Shown here: in pieces, positions 62,705-64,000 of the stretch | Numbering within the stretch: position 1 is the first letter of the stretch | Layout of the letters: every line of letters begins with the position of its first letter | Translations under genes and position numbers: made by a program | Assembly: GCA_963704325.1 (NCBI GenBank) | Contig: OY969885.1 | Location: 1,868,293-1,932,292, forward strand | Length of the DNA stretch: 64,000 nt | Direction of reading: 5' to 3' | Source of the DNA: an uncultured Chloroflexia bacterium | Lineage (GTDB): Bacteria > Chloroflexota > Limnocylindria > Limnocylindrales > CSP1-4 | Notes under the pieces: model-generated | What the model was told of the DNA's origin: nothing | The model's input: the letters and a program-made list of their open reading frames with translations, nothing else | Databases searched by the model: none

Positions 62705-63865
62705 ATGCGCCTAGTTGGTGCCGTACTCAGCACATCGCTGCTACTTCTTCTGATCGCACCGTCAGCCGCGCTGGCCCAGGTGACGTCGCTGACCACGCCA
62801 TTCCCGGCGGTCGTCGCCGATCCCGGCGCCACGGCGGAGTTCAACGTCACGGTCACCACGGACGTGTCGCAGCGGGTGGACCTGTCAGTGCTCAATCAGC
62901 CAGAGGGCTGGACCACGAGCCTGCGCGGTGGCGGTTCCACGATCGCCGCCGTATTCACCTCTCCCAACGCCGAGCAGGGCGACCGGATCATGGCCGAGTT
63001 CACGGTCGAGGTCGCGATCCCTGAAGACGCGGCGCCGGGCTCCAACCAGGTGGTGCTGCAGGCCAGCGCCGCGGGCGCGACCCAGCAGCTGACCCTGGAC
63101 ATCACCATCGCGGCTGTTGACGCAGGCTCGGTCACGATGAGCACAGATTTCCCCGACCGGAGCGGCACGGCAGCCGATACGTTCTCGGTCGATCTCGAGG
63201 TGCGCAATAGCACGAACCAGCAGCTGACCCTCTCGTTCCAGGCGGAAGGACCGGCAGGCTGGCGCATCTCGGCCCGGCCGAGTGGCGATTCGGACGCCTC
63301 CACCGCGATTGTCGACGCAGGCGGCCTGTCCGCGGCGTCAGTGACGATCGACCCGCCGGACGATGCTGCGGCGGGCAGCTACATCGTCATCGTGCGCGCC
63401 CTGGGTGGCCCGCAGCCCGTCGAGGCCCAGGTGGGCGTAGAGATCACGGGCTCATTCGCGATGAGCATGTCGACGGATGACAACCGGCTGTCGACCAATC
63501 TGACCGTGGGCAGCTCGGCGCAGGTCAACGTCGTGATCTTCAACGAGGGCAGCGCCCCGCTGGAGAACGTGGCGCTGAGCGCTACTCCGCCGCGCAACTG
63601 GACGGTGGCTTTCGCGACAGAGACGATCCCGGTCATCGAGCCCAACACGCAGGAGACGGTCACGGCGACGATCACCTCTGCCGGCAATGCTGTGGCCGGC
63701 GATTACGTGGTCACTCTGCGCGCCAACGCCGGCGACCTGAACGAGAACATCGAGATCCGCACCACGGTTGAGTCGTCGCCCATCGGCGGCCTGATCGGCG
63801 TTGCCGTCCTGGCCATCGTTGCCGTGGGCCTGTTCTTCGTCTTCCAGCGTTATGGCCGTCGCTGA
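62705..63865 (+). CDS. NEW3-domain (Ig-like repeat) membrane-anchored protein
   Basis: Signal peptide, three PxGW/PxNW Ig-like repeats, C-terminal transmembrane helix ending YGRR. Confidence 0.8.
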   Translation: MRLVGAVLSTSLLLLLIAPSAALAQVTSLTTPFPAVVADPGATAEFNVTVTTDVSQRVDLSVLNQPEGWTTSLRGGGSTIAAVFTSPNAEQGDRIMAEFTVEVAIPEDAAPGSNQVVLQASAAGATQQLTLDITIAAVDAGSVTMSTDFPDRSGTAADTFSVDLEVRNSTNQQLTLSFQAEGPAGWRISARPSGDSDASTAIVDAGGLSAASVTIDPPDDAAAGSYIVIVRALGGPQPVEAQVGVEITGSFAMSMSTDDNRLSTNLTVGSSAQVNVVIFNEGSAPLENVALSATPPRNWTVAFATETIPVIEPNTQETVTATITSAGNAVAGDYVVTLRANAGDLNENIEIRTTVESSPIGGLIGVAVLAIVAVGLFFVFQRYGRR

Positions 63866-64000
63866 GCCCCGGGTCGAGCAGGCGCCCGACTCGGCCGGGC
63901 CTCCGGCGATCCGAGCAAAGGCGCTCACCAAGCGCTACGGCGAGTTCACCGCGGTTGACAAGCTCGACCTGACCGTTCGCCACGGCGAGGTGTTCGGCCT
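63852..64000 (+). CDS. ABC transporter ATP-binding protein, truncated by window edge
   Basis: Manual translation MAVAEP...[30 protein letters not shown]. Confidence 0.85.
   Translation, partial: MAVAEPRVEQAPDSAGPPAIRAKALTKRYGEFTAVDKLDLTVRHGEVFG

Overview
A high-GC, gene-dense bacterial chromosomal window of about 65 CDS. I found no rRNA, tRNA, CRISPR array, transposase or integrase. The gene mix (F420 enzymes, PaaR-paaABCD, TreS-Mak/GlgE, ECF42-YCII, DUF3090/SCO1664, aceE) suggests a soil or sediment Terrabacteria lineage, possibly Chloroflexota such as Limnocylindria; this is inference only. Ordinary content: cofD/cofC, F420-type oxidoreductases, two ABC importers, ppgK, aceE, paa epoxidase genes, gdhA, Fur plus a NiCoT-like transporter, a GH13-glgE-treS/mak cluster and pepA. 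Five signals stand out. (1) Translation architecture: at least 15 genes start 6-7 nt behind a TAnnnT -10 box (leaderless), several genes appear to need CTG starts, and 5-105 codon mini-ORFs end on the next start codon, in some cases bridging whole intergenic gaps. (2) An ECF sigma factor is coupled to an anti-sigma-like/MGMT/Ada-Zn fusion, a candidate sigma-based alkylation response. (3) A soluble histidine kinase has an N-terminal winged helix and faces gdhA across roughly 11-bp GTTCAC repeats. (4) A SmtA-like Cys-rich small protein lies beside Fur and NiCoT. (5) glgE and treS carry about nine consecutive +1 frameshifts, probably a read or assembly artefact.
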